Source: a virus. Taken from it: a DNA stretch of 64,000 bases. Shown in pieces: positions 30,687-39,911 of this stretch; the first letter of the stretch is position 1, and each line of letters starts with the position of its first letter. The DNA lies in the IMG/VR virus record IMGVR_UViG_3300029349_000001, positions 32,001 to 96,000 of that record. One strand, given 5' to 3'. Under the pieces are notes generated by a model. It was given only the letters and a program-made list of their open reading frames with translations. It did no database searches and was not told the origin of the DNA. The position numbers were made by a program, and so were the translations under genes.

Positions 30687-31454
30687 ATGTTATTATCAAA
30701 TTCTAGTCAGCCATATTTATATAATGATAACAATGTATCTCGTATATTATATTGTTGTGCTGATCATGCTATAGATTTAAATTATGGTGGCTCAATATAT
30801 ACTATCAGACCATGGAAAATTAAATTATTAGATTTAAGTAACAACACCAGCGTTCTAGTACCCACAGTATCTTATGACGAGCAATATGGTAGAGTCGCCC
30901 TAGAGTGTAATCCTCATATAGTTATTAGTAATTCTATTGTTAAATTATATTATACTGTTGGCTTTATGAAAAGTGATGATAGTCCCATAATTTATTATTT
31001 ATGCTCTATGACAGCAGATAATTTGTCATTAACTAATTTAACAGACTTTACTGTTATACAAAAAACATTTAGCGGCACATTTCTTACAGACAGCGAATTA
31101 TTATTTGTAGATAAAATTTATGGCAAAGATACTCTAGTTCGCAAAACTATAGGATCTACTAATGGTAGTCTAGTGCCGGTTGATACTATGTCTTTAGAAG
31201 AAATATTAAGAGTAACTAGAACATTCGATACTAATCAAATAATTATTACTGGTAAAACATCACAAAAAACATATGTGTCATATTTATTAAATAATGATCT
31301 TAGCATAGATAAAAAAATTAATAACTCTTATGGTATGGATATTTATAAGTGTAGTATATTAAATAACGTATTGGCCTATACTGTGCGTAACGAGTCCTAT
31401 AATAAGGAAGATGTAGAGAGTAGGAGTATAGTAGTTGAAAATATTGTTAATTAA
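30687..31454 (+). CDS. Hypothetical protein (beta-rich)
   Basis: 255-aa ORF with RBS; no recognised motif. Confidence 0.6.
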   Translation: MLLSNSSQPYLYNDNNVSRILYCCADHAIDLNYGGSIYTIRPWKIKLLDLSNNTSVLVPTVSYDEQYGRVALECNPHIVISNSIVKLYYTVGFMKSDDSPIIYYLCSMTADNLSLTNLTDFTVIQKTFSGTFLTDSELLFVDKIYGKDTLVRKTIGSTNGSLVPVDTMSLEEILRVTRTFDTNQIIITGKTSQKTYVSYLLNNDLSIDKKINNSYGMDIYKCSILNNVLAYTVRNESYNKEDVESRSIVVENIVN

Positions 31455-31460
31455 GCTTGT

Positions 31461-31476
31461 GGTGTATTCTATAGTG
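31461..31476 (+). promoter_or_regulatory. Putative late-promoter motif
   Basis: GGTGTATTCTATAGTG before AGGAG RBS. Confidence 0.55.
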
Positions 31477-31503
31477 ATTACTATATTATAGGAGATAAAT
31501 TAT

Positions 31504-31743
31504 ATGGCCAATCCGGATTTAAAAGTTACTTTTCCAGATGGAAATATTAAGCGCTTAGAAAACAGCCAATGTGCCTGTCCGAATATGCTCAGTGTGGTAG
31601 TTAATAACATGGTTGTTGGTAAAAAATATACTGTTTTTATTAATAACTTAAATAATACTCCCGTTAGAACATTTCCTAGTAGTTATAGTTTCGTTGCTGA
31701 AAGCGCCAATAAGACACTAGCTTTTTATTATCAGTTTAGTTAA
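31504..31743 (+). CDS. 79-aa protein corresponding to the N-terminal two-thirds of the Cys-capped beta module
   Basis: Strong AGGAG RBS; C...VNNMVVGKKY...P.SYSFVA aligns with modules in 4498/5025/5812/10483. Confidence 0.65.
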   Translation: MANPDLKVTFPDGNIKRLENSQCACPNMLSVVVNNMVVGKKYTVFINNLNNTPVRTFPSSYSFVAESANKTLAFYYQFS

Positions 31744-31784
31744 TATTGGTGCCGAGGATTATAATTTTATAGGACATCAATACA

Positions 31785-33767
31785 ATGCCATATGCCCTGA
31801 ATACTAATACTGGTTCCGACGCTGTAGAATTTTCAGCTCAAACAACAACAAACAAACCAGTATCAATTTTATTCAATGGTTCTGGCATTCATACCATCTC
31901 TGGTCCAGTACCTCTAGTTGATATTTCTAAAACATATAATAGAACTAGTGCTGGAGAAATAGAGAGCGTTCTTAATACTATTACCTTAACTGGTAAAATT
32001 ATTAGACCAGATATTACTCCGCCGCCTACCAGCGGTATTCTAACCGTGATGAATGCTATCAGTGGACTGCAAGCGTTATTTACTAAATGTTCTACTGGTC
32101 ATCTAATTATTAAGTGCGACAACACCGACATGCTTAATGTATCTGGTGTTATGGTTAAGGATATGTCTTTTAATAAATCCGAGGATAATTGGGTATATAG
32201 TGCAGATTATAATATAACCATGGAATATTATGAACCAGGACAAGCGGGTGGCTTTGCTGTACAAAATACTAGCGATTCTTGGTCAATAGAACCATTAGAA
32301 GACTATGTATATAGTTCTTTTACTACGTTGGTTAACACCAAACCAGAAACCCATAATCCTCAATTAAAACCCAATCCTATTCCGGGAGGATCGTCTACTG
32401 GTGGAGGTTCCAATTTAGGTGGTGCTGCTGGGTCCACTACACTCAAAATTATAAACGTTCCACAATATAGAATATCTAGAAGGTTATCCGCTGTTGGGCT
32501 ACCGGTTTCATCAGCAGTATCATCTGCAACAGCGCCTTGTGTTAGCGGGGCTGGTAACAGAGCATATGCAGAAGCTCGTAAATGGGTGGAATCAAGACTC
32601 GAATATACCTTCGAAGGCACTAAGGTTAATAACAATACATCCGGATCTAGTGGTCTAGCTCATGTTATGGTGAGCCCAAGTATCGGTAATTTTAAAGACA
32701 CATTTTTATATAATCATATTCGTAGTATAAACTTTAGTGTTACAGATGGATCTTATGAAGTTAATGATACATGGCTTGCTATGCCAACTGGTATTAAGTA
32801 TGTAGAAGACTATAGTATTGAAGCTTCGACAGACGAGAAATATGTTAAGACCGTAAGAGTTCAAGGAAATATTAAAGGTCTTTATATGTCGTCTTTTGAG
32901 GTGATGAAAGGCAGTGGTGGAGCCGGATTGCCGCCAACAGGAGCCGGATATCTTAATATTGTTCCCAACTCTGGAAGATTAACAGGATCACTACCAGGAG
33001 CCGGTAATATACTCGATCTTGATAATACAGCAGGGTCTCAACCTACTTTTTACAGCAATCCTTATCAGAACGCAAGTAGTGGGTGGATTTTTGATATTAA
33101 GCCATATGTTTATCGTAGAGCTTCATTAGCAGTATATAATAATATTCACGACAGAAATCAGAACTACGTATCTCCAGCTACCAATCCGCCACCACCCCCA
33201 AACAATCCAATGTACTGCCATGAGTCATTACTAAATGCTATTCCTGTAAGTACAACAGAAGGACACGACCCAAGAAAAGGCACAATAAGCTATAGCTATG
33301 AATTCAATAATAAGTTTAATTTAATTACTGGAGTAATATCAGAAAATATTACCCTTAATGAAACTGGTCCAACAGACGTATTTAGTGAAGCATTTGTAAT
33401 AGGTCGTCAACTTGGGCCAGTTATTCAATCACTAGGCACAAAAACCTCCACAAGAAAAGATCTCACAATAGAAGTTGTGGTAGTTCCTCCGTCGTCAATC
33501 GAAGGTCTAATAATGACCAATAACCAGTGTCCATTGTGGACAGGCGGTTCGGTGTATAGTCGTATACAAGGAATAGTTGATGGATTAAAACCATTTGGTG
33601 CTAGAAGTAACACCTATTTTGGTAATTTGCAAAGAGGTCAGCTACCAGGACAAGTATATTTATCTCAGGACAATCATTCATGGAATCCAACAGAAGGAAG
33701 ATATTCTAGGTCTGTTAGTTGGGTATATCAACAATGCTCAACCGATAAGTTTTATCTAGATCACTAA
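31785..33767 (+). CDS. Putative tail protein (distal-tail-like)
   Basis: 660-aa beta-rich ORF, NTITLTGKI and GTISYSYEF segments, position upstream of two very large tail-like ORFs. Confidence 0.45.
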   Translation: MPYALNTNTGSDAVEFSAQTTTNKPVSILFNGSGIHTISGPVPLVDISKTYNRTSAGEIESVLNTITLTGKIIRPDITPPPTSGILTVMNAISGLQALFTKCSTGHLIIKCDNTDMLNVSGVMVKDMSFNKSEDNWVYSADYNITMEYYEPGQAGGFAVQNTSDSWSIEPLEDYVYSSFTTLVNTKPETHNPQLKPNPIPGGSSTGGGSNLGGAAGSTTLKIINVPQYRISRRLSAVGLPVSSAVSSATAPCVSGAGNRAYAEARKWVESRLEYTFEGTKVNNNTSGSSGLAHVMVSPSIGNFKDTFLYNHIRSINFSVTDGSYEVNDTWLAMPTGIKYVEDYSIEASTDEKYVKTVRVQGNIKGLYMSSFEVMKGSGGAGLPPTGAGYLNIVPNSGRLTGSLPGAGNILDLDNTAGSQPTFYSNPYQNASSGWIFDIKPYVYRRASLAVYNNIHDRNQNYVSPATNPPPPPNNPMYCHESLLNAIPVSTTEGHDPRKGTISYSYEFNNKFNLITGVISENITLNETGPTDVFSEAFVIGRQLGPVIQSLGTKTSTRKDLTIEVVVVPPSSIEGLIMTNNQCPLWTGGSVYSRIQGIVDGLKPFGARSNTYFGNLQRGQLPGQVYLSQDNHSWNPTEGRYSRSVSWVYQQCSTDKFYLDH

Positions 33768-33769
33768 TT

Positions 33770-36700
33770 ATGGCCACATCATGCACAAGCAATAAAACAA
33801 TTATACCAGCTCAGACACTATTTTTGGGAGCTAGTGTTGCGGATTTTAGTTTAAATATGGGTTGGGGAGGACAAGCTTCTCAACTTAGTGTCACACTGGT
33901 GGAAGACGGTAATCCGTTTATGTGTAGAAATCCTCTTGGAAGTTCTGGAGGTAGTTTGGTTGATCCTATTGTTGTAAATGGTGGTTCGTTTGATGCCGAT
34001 AACCACTACCATACCTGTAATAGCGATACCTCATGTTATATGGACGAGAAAGGAATGACGTTTGATCCTAATAGAAATCCTCCTTCTCAAGAAAGAATTG
34101 TTCCAGGAAAGGTATACTATGCTTGGACTGGTAATGGCTTTGTTTCTAGATATTGGAGACATCAAGATCCAGGATTTTTTGGAAATAAAAGCTCTATAGC
34201 TATCGATGGTACCTATGATGTTAATTCTTATAATAACTCTAAAGGCTTTGATATTATCAATACGCCAGTATTTTTTAAAATAGGAGAGTTCAGTTTTAGC
34301 GGTATTGTTCAGTCGTGGGAGAAAGACGCTGGTAGTGGAGGATTGACTTACAGAGTTAATATCGAGAGTATAGATTCTCTTTTAAGCAATTCTTATATGA
34401 TATTAGGAGGATATGCGGGTTCGGTATTTTCAAAACTAAACGGTGCTATATATGGAGGTCCTAAAAATTATACCGGATCAGGATTAACATATAATGGTAA
34501 AATAGTAGAAGGAAATTTAGCTAATGTATTTAATGTTTATGGTTTTTTGGAGTCTATGGGCTTTGAAGGTTTTGGTGCTTCTTATAGAAATGAGAACGGA
34601 ATTAGTGCAAAGTCTGTTATAGACGCACTTTCTGTTTTAACCTCCTCTGATTCCACAGGAACGGACCCTGCTTTTGCTTTAGTGCAAGAACAGAAGAAAG
34701 CATTTTCTCCATTTGGACGTATAATTCTTAAAACAGCACAAGAAAATGATACCTATACCAGAATGAGTCCTTCTCATGCATATAGTATGGGTTTGATACC
34801 TCCTACTCTTGATCTTGATGGAATTGAACGATGTCATTTTACATTAGATTTATCAGAAATGCCGATTCCTCCTAATGACTATCGTATTACAGACAATGTA
34901 TTAAGTATTATGGATTTTATATCTAATGTATGCGAGGCAACTGGAGTTGACTTTTATTTTGATATGTTGGTAGTACCATATAATAATAAGCCTTTGAATA
35001 TGATTAAAGTTAGAACGGTTAATAGAAGAGTACAACCAGAGCCAAGACAAATAGAAAGAACTATAAGAAACTTTGCAGATAATGGATTCCCTATGTCTGC
35101 CGCTAATATAGGAAAAGAAAAAAGCGATAGTTCTCCAAGAGTTCTCTATATTGGAGGAAAGCAGCAAAGGCTCTATCAAGCAAAAAGTTATAGGCTGGGC
35201 TTTGCTAGAGCTAATTATGTATGGAATCCTGTTAGTAAAACATTCGTAGATTTTACATCTTATGATTTTGGTAAAATCAGAACTCCTTGTGGTTTTTCTA
35301 CTCGTAATACCACTTTGTCTACAAATATTAATGGGGCAGATTTTACTGATTTATTTGATACAGATGAGACTATCAAGCAAAACATAACAGGGCTGGCTTT
35401 TGATGCTAACGACACAGACTGGGCCGACCCTAACCTATCTGGCAATGCTTTGTCTGGTAATTATGGAAAAACCAAATCTGTCAAAAGACAATCTACTAGC
35501 ACATTCAATAGATTCTTTCCACTATTTCAAGATGTAATATGTCCATTTTTTGGTTTCCAAATGAGTGAAACCATACCTCCCAACACCTCTACTACAGAAA
35601 ATAATGATTTTAGAATAGTCAGGCCCGTTTATCTAGATACATGGACCGGTCAGATAGTGTTTGTTATTAGTATGTCCGACCTACCAACGAACCTCAATGT
35701 GCCATTAACTTCTCTATACAACAAGAATCAGTTAATTATTACCGAAACAGAGATGCGTGCTGCTATGGAAGGTATTGATTCTTATATGACCTATGGACTA
35801 GGAAAGATATTTAAACCAGATTTGATACTAATGCTAGCACAGGCTTATGCCAGTAGAGGTGTGGCAATGACGGGGGTTGGTGAGGAGAATGAGGGGTTTT
35901 TAAAATTTCCTAGTTTATCTCAAGCCTTTAATATCAGTAATGAGGTCGGTGCTCCGGGAGCAGCAACTCCACAACCAACTAGTAACGATATCAATTTTGA
36001 TTTATTCTTAAATCCTAATTTAGTCAAAGATCTAAATACACTAGTTGGATTCATACAGGATATTGGTAATACTTATTATGGCAAGCAGTATCTTGTCAGA
36101 GTTCCAGAATTAGCGGCATATAGAGATTACCAGTACAGCAATTTTCAGATACCTGTTGGAGATCAAACCATTTCTGTTTTTAAGGGAAGTGGTAAAATAC
36201 AATATAATTATGAACCCATTAATGAAGGAGCATGGGAAGAGCCGGGCAATGTTATAGATGACAGTATTCTGGTTGGTAGTCCAAAATATTATATGCTTTG
36301 TGAGGAAGATGGGCGAATCGGCCCAGTCCTAGGATATAATGCTTCTGATTCTTTTGATTATGTGTCTAGGGCTCTTTGTGGACTAAGCGTAATAGCACAA
36401 GCAGCATATTACGAACAAGGATATTCAGTATCTACTCCTGGTGGAGACAGATGGCGAAACGGTGCTTTGAGATATGATATGAAAGTGTTGGTAGACGCGG
36501 CTCGTGCTGGCGCATGTAACGATAATAAGTTTTATTTCTTGTCTTTGGATCTAAGCTCTATTAGCTCTGATGAATATGTGGTGGTTGATTCTCCGGTTGC
36601 TTTGCGTGGACCTTACGATGCTAGTGTTGGTGCTTTTGGTCCAGCGATTAATCCCATAGAAAAATCTAAAAAACTATATACCAAAGCATCTGTTCATGAG

Positions 36701-39700
36701 GATATTATATATTTAAAGCCTAGAACAATGGAGGAGCCTAGGGTTTTAGTTACCACATCCAATGGATTAAGTTTGGCCACCACGAGTTATTCGTATCAGA
36801 CAGACCCCAACAGGACAGTAATATCTAATATAGCCATAGAGGATTTACTATTATATCTAAAGTCTGTGCCTAATGGTAGCTATGATAATAATTTTATTAG
36901 ATTTATGGCTCATTATATGAGTCCCATAATTGGTAGCGCAACACTACTTGTCAACGGATATACTTCATCAAATAGTGTTCAGCACGCTATGCTGGCGCCA
37001 AAAGCGGCACATCCGTATTTTGCAGGTATCCCCGTTAGATCTAATCAACATACCTATGGCCCATGGACTAATTATCCAGAACTTATTAAGAATAATATAT
37101 TTCCAGGCATAGAGGATGATGCAGCTTCTCGTGCAGTAGAAAATTTGATTGGAGGCGTAAAAGTAGAAGTACAAGAAGAGTACGTTCCATGGAACTATGG
37201 TAGCGTATCTCTCCTAGATAGTGTTGTCCTTGGAGAAATTCAAGCAAATAGTAGTTATCAGCAAATTACGGAAACGGCTAGAATAGATACAATAGGACTA
37301 CCTATTCTGGGTCTTGGATCTCCGTTTGTATATAGTAACTCCACACCAGCACAAGGATCGATTATCATAAATAACCAAGTATTTACTCCAAGAGTAGTTA
37401 ACCTACCATATGTACAAAAAAGATATCAAGCCAACTCCAATCCGCTAGAAAATATACCGATTATCGGTGAACTAGTAGTTGCTCCGAATATTCCGTCTAG
37501 ATCCGAAACTACCACTAATTTATCTTATAATATTATAGTATTAGATGCCGCCTATGCCAATTCTTTAGCTCCTATCGTTAGCAACATACAGTGCAGCATT
37601 AGTCCTCAACAAGTTCGGACCACATATAATTTTAGAACCCACACTAGAAAACTAGGATTATTTAACAAAGAAAATGCTGACAGGATCAAAAAATTCGCCA
37701 TGTCGAATATTAAGAGAAACAAAGAGCTTGCTACACAGACCAATAAACTGACAAATAAAATCAACAAAGAAACTCAAGGAAGACTCAATAGCATCAAAAA
37801 TAGTGGTGGTTCTTATGGATCCAAAAATTTAAGATCTGGCCTATATGGAACTAGTCCTACAGAAGTTATATGTGGTAGAGCTTATTCGTTTTTAAGCATA
37901 CCTGGTGTTACGAGAAAAGGTCTGCAAACTTTGCGAGATCAAATGAAGTCCAATAAACAAAGACCCGGATCTAATCCGTCTTCTACCGACACAGCTTCAG
38001 TAGATCCTTACAGTCTTTCTATGTCATATGGAAAAGATCCTGGAGACAATAGCGCAGAGGCGGGATTATATTCTTCTACTGATAATTCGATTAAAGAATT
38101 TGCAGATACTACAAATCCAGCCAGGACCTCTATTAGAAATAGCAGATGGTCAACATTCGTGGGACTATATGAATCAAGAGAAGCACCAGCGGACTTATTA
38201 CCAGAATATGCACAAAAATCAGCTATGAGTTTAGATGGAATTTTTTCTCCAGTGTCATTCTATCCGACTAAATTTTATAGCACTTATCCACTTCAAAAAT
38301 ATCAGAGACACCAGTGTCCATATTGTGATAATACGGGCATAATCAAAGATCAGGCATATGCGAATGCTGGCACAATAAGTACGGTTTCATACCAGTGCCC
38401 ATATTGTGTAAGTAAAAAAGATGGACTGTCCACTACCGCTACAACAACAGCATCGGCACAGTCTTTAGAAATACTACCTCCATATATAGTTACGAATAGA
38501 AAAGATATTAATATCATAACAGAATTTGGTTCCTCATCCTCTGTTAGTAGTGCTTCTAGCACTAGTAGCTCAAGTAGTAGTGGTGGAAGCGGACAGGAAA
38601 TAGCAATTAATCTTGTGAGCCTACAACCTATAGTGGTTCCGTATGGTGAGTTCAGAAACTATAACGCTGGAGAAAAAGACAAATGTAGACATAGTATTGA
38701 GGTTATAGCCCATGGAGAAACTCCTCCACAAAAGGGATGGAGTATAAATACTCGTTGTAATTTAGGTAAATTTATTAAATCTGACGGCAATATGCAGCAA
38801 AATAGCGAACTGGGAACAGGATACAATGCCGACTATTTTCATAAAGACTTATTGAATGCAGACAATAAAAATAAGTTAAATAATCAAAGGTTTTTTGGTC
38901 TTAGGGGTCCTATAGTATATCATGCTTGGGGGTATGATCTGGAAGGATTCCCAGTGCCAAATGCTGCTGATGAACCAAAGCTAGTGGATGAACACGGAAA
39001 TCCGAAACGTTTTATTCTAAAAGCAACGGTTGAGAGCACCGCTTCTGTAAAATTTAAAGAACTAAAAAACAAGGAAATGTTTGTATTAGCAGATGAATAT
39101 GTTGCTTCGGTCCCGTTGTGGAAACAAAACTACTACTATAAAGTGCCTAATATGTCTGTTACTAAAAGCAATAATACTATAGTTAAAATGACAGATGATA
39201 CCAACGTATACAAATGTAAACTAGAAAATAATATGGAGCACTATGGCTCTTTCACAGACGATGGTGGCGCAGTTGGCTTGGGCGACATTATCAGCAAAAC
39301 ACAAAACTGGGAAAATAATAAGTGGACAGAAAAGAAAAAACTTAAAGAATTTTATAGAAACTGGGCAGAACATCCAAATCTATGGAAAGTTGGACCGATA
39401 GATCTAAGATGGGACGAGAATCGTCAAGTATGGACAACCAAATCTTCTGACGCCATGACTATTTATAAAATGGTTTATGTAACACTAGAAGAAGACCTTA
39501 CAAAGTCTCAGGATTACGACGAAACACATCCAGCAAGAGGATTCTTAGATGATCTAGAATACTCATCTGAAAAACTCCCAGCCAATTCTAGAAGATTGGT
39601 GTTTGTGAAGGATAGGGGCGGATATACCGCTCCTAGAGGCGCCAAATTATTATGTCGTTATGATAAAGATAGTGGCTTTTATGAACCTGTAAGTAAGCAA

Positions 39701-39907
39701 ACATTCGTAGTAGGAGGTATCGTTGGTTCCGGCAATTCTGCTACCATAGAGATGTCATATATTCAAGGACGCAAAAAAAGTGAGGTTGTACCCACATCAA
39801 GTATAACTTTCGAAGATCCGTTCGGTTTTTCTCCTAGAACTGGACAGAAAGGATTATTTACATTTATTAACGGCTTATGGACACTAACTGCCGCTAAACC
39901 AGCATAG
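33770..39907 (+). CDS. Putative baseplate hub/tail-associated protein with CPYC...CPYC zinc ribbon
   Basis: N-terminal FLGASV..F...GWGG..SQLSVTLVED...F.GIVQSW hub-like start; 2045 aa; two CPYC motifs. Confidence 0.5.
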   Translation: MATSCTSNKTIIPAQTLFLGASVADFSLNMGWGGQASQLSVTLVEDGNPFMCRNPLGSSGGSLVDPIVVNGGSFDADNHYHTCNSDTSCYMDEKGMTFDPNRNPPSQERIVPGKVYYAWTGNGFVSRYWRHQDPGFFGNKSSIAIDGTYDVNSYNNSKGFDIINTPVFFKIGEFSFSGIVQSWEKDAGSGGLTYRVNIESIDSLLSNSYMILGGYAGSVFSKLNGAIYGGPKNYTGSGLTYNGKIVEGNLANVFNVYGFLESMGFEGFGASYRNENGISAKSVIDALSVLTSSDSTGTDPAFALVQEQKKAFSPFGRIILKTAQENDTYTRMSPSHAYSMGLIPPTLDLDGIERCHFTLDLSEMPIPPNDYRITDNVLSIMDFISNVCEATGVDFYFDMLVVPYNNKPLNMIKVRTVNRRVQPEPRQIERTIRNFADNGFPMSAANIGKEKSDSSPRVLYIGGKQQRLYQAKSYRLGFARANYVWNPVSKTFVDFTSYDFGKIRTPCGFSTRNTTLSTNINGADFTDLFDTDETIKQNITGLAFDANDTDWADPNLSGNALSGNYGKTKSVKRQSTSTFNRFFPLFQDVICPFFGFQMSETIPPNTSTTENNDFRIVRPVYLDTWTGQIVFVISMSDLPTNLNVPLTSLYNKNQLIITETEMRAAMEGIDSYMTYGLGKIFKPDLILMLAQAYASRGVAMTGVGEENEGFLKFPSLSQAFNISNEVGAPGAATPQPTSNDINFDLFLNPNLVKDLNTLVGFIQDIGNTYYGKQYLVRVPELAAYRDYQYSNFQIPVGDQTISVFKGSGKIQYNYEPINEGAWEEPGNVIDDSILVGSPKYYMLCEEDGRIGPVLGYNASDSFDYVSRALCGLSVIAQAAYYEQGYSVSTPGGDRWRNGALRYDMKVLVDAARAGACNDNKFYFLSLDLSSISSDEYVVVDSPVALRGPYDASVGAFGPAINPIEKSKKLYTKASVHEDIIYLKPRTMEEPRVLVTTSNGLSLATTSYSYQTDPNRTVISNIAIEDLLLYLKSVPNGSYDNNFIRFMAHYMSPIIGSATLLVNGYTSSNSVQHAMLAPKAAHPYFAGIPVRSNQHTYGPWTNYPELIKNNIFPGIEDDAASRAVENLIGGVKVEVQEEYVPWNYGSVSLLDSVVLGEIQANSSYQQITETARIDTIGLPILGLGSPFVYSNSTPAQGSIIINNQVFTPRVVNLPYVQKRYQANSNPLENIPIIGELVVAPNIPSRSETTTNLSYNIIVLDAAYANSLAPIVSNIQCSISPQQVRTTYNFRTHTRKLGLFNKENADRIKKFAMSNIKRNKELATQTNKLTNKINKETQGRLNSIKNSGGSYGSKNLRSGLYGTSPTEVICGRAYSFLSIPGVTRKGLQTLRDQMKSNKQRPGSNPSSTDTASVDPYSLSMSYGKDPGDNSAEAGLYSSTDNSIKEFADTTNPARTSIRNSRWSTFVGLYESREAPADLLPEYAQKSAMSLDGIFSPVSFYPTKFYSTYPLQKYQRHQCPYCDNTGIIKDQAYANAGTISTVSYQCPYCVSKKDGLSTTATTTASAQSLEILPPYIVTNRKDINIITEFGSSSSVSSASSTSSSSSSGGSGQEIAINLVSLQPIVVPYGEFRNYNAGEKDKCRHSIEVIAHGETPPQKGWSINTRCNLGKFIKSDGNMQQNSELGTGYNADYFHKDLLNADNKNKLNNQRFFGLRGPIVYHAWGYDLEGFPVPNAADEPKLVDEHGNPKRFILKATVESTASVKFKELKNKEMFVLADEYVASVPLWKQNYYYKVPNMSVTKSNNTIVKMTDDTNVYKCKLENNMEHYGSFTDDGGAVGLGDIISKTQNWENNKWTEKKKLKEFYRNWAEHPNLWKVGPIDLRWDENRQVWTTKSSDAMTIYKMVYVTLEEDLTKSQDYDETHPARGFLDDLEYSSEKLPANSRRLVFVKDRGGYTAPRGAKLLCRYDKDSGFYEPVSKQTFVVGGIVGSGNSATIEMSYIQGRKKSEVVPTSSITFEDPFGFSPRTGQKGLFTFINGLWTLTAAKPA

Positions 39908-39911
39908 ACAT

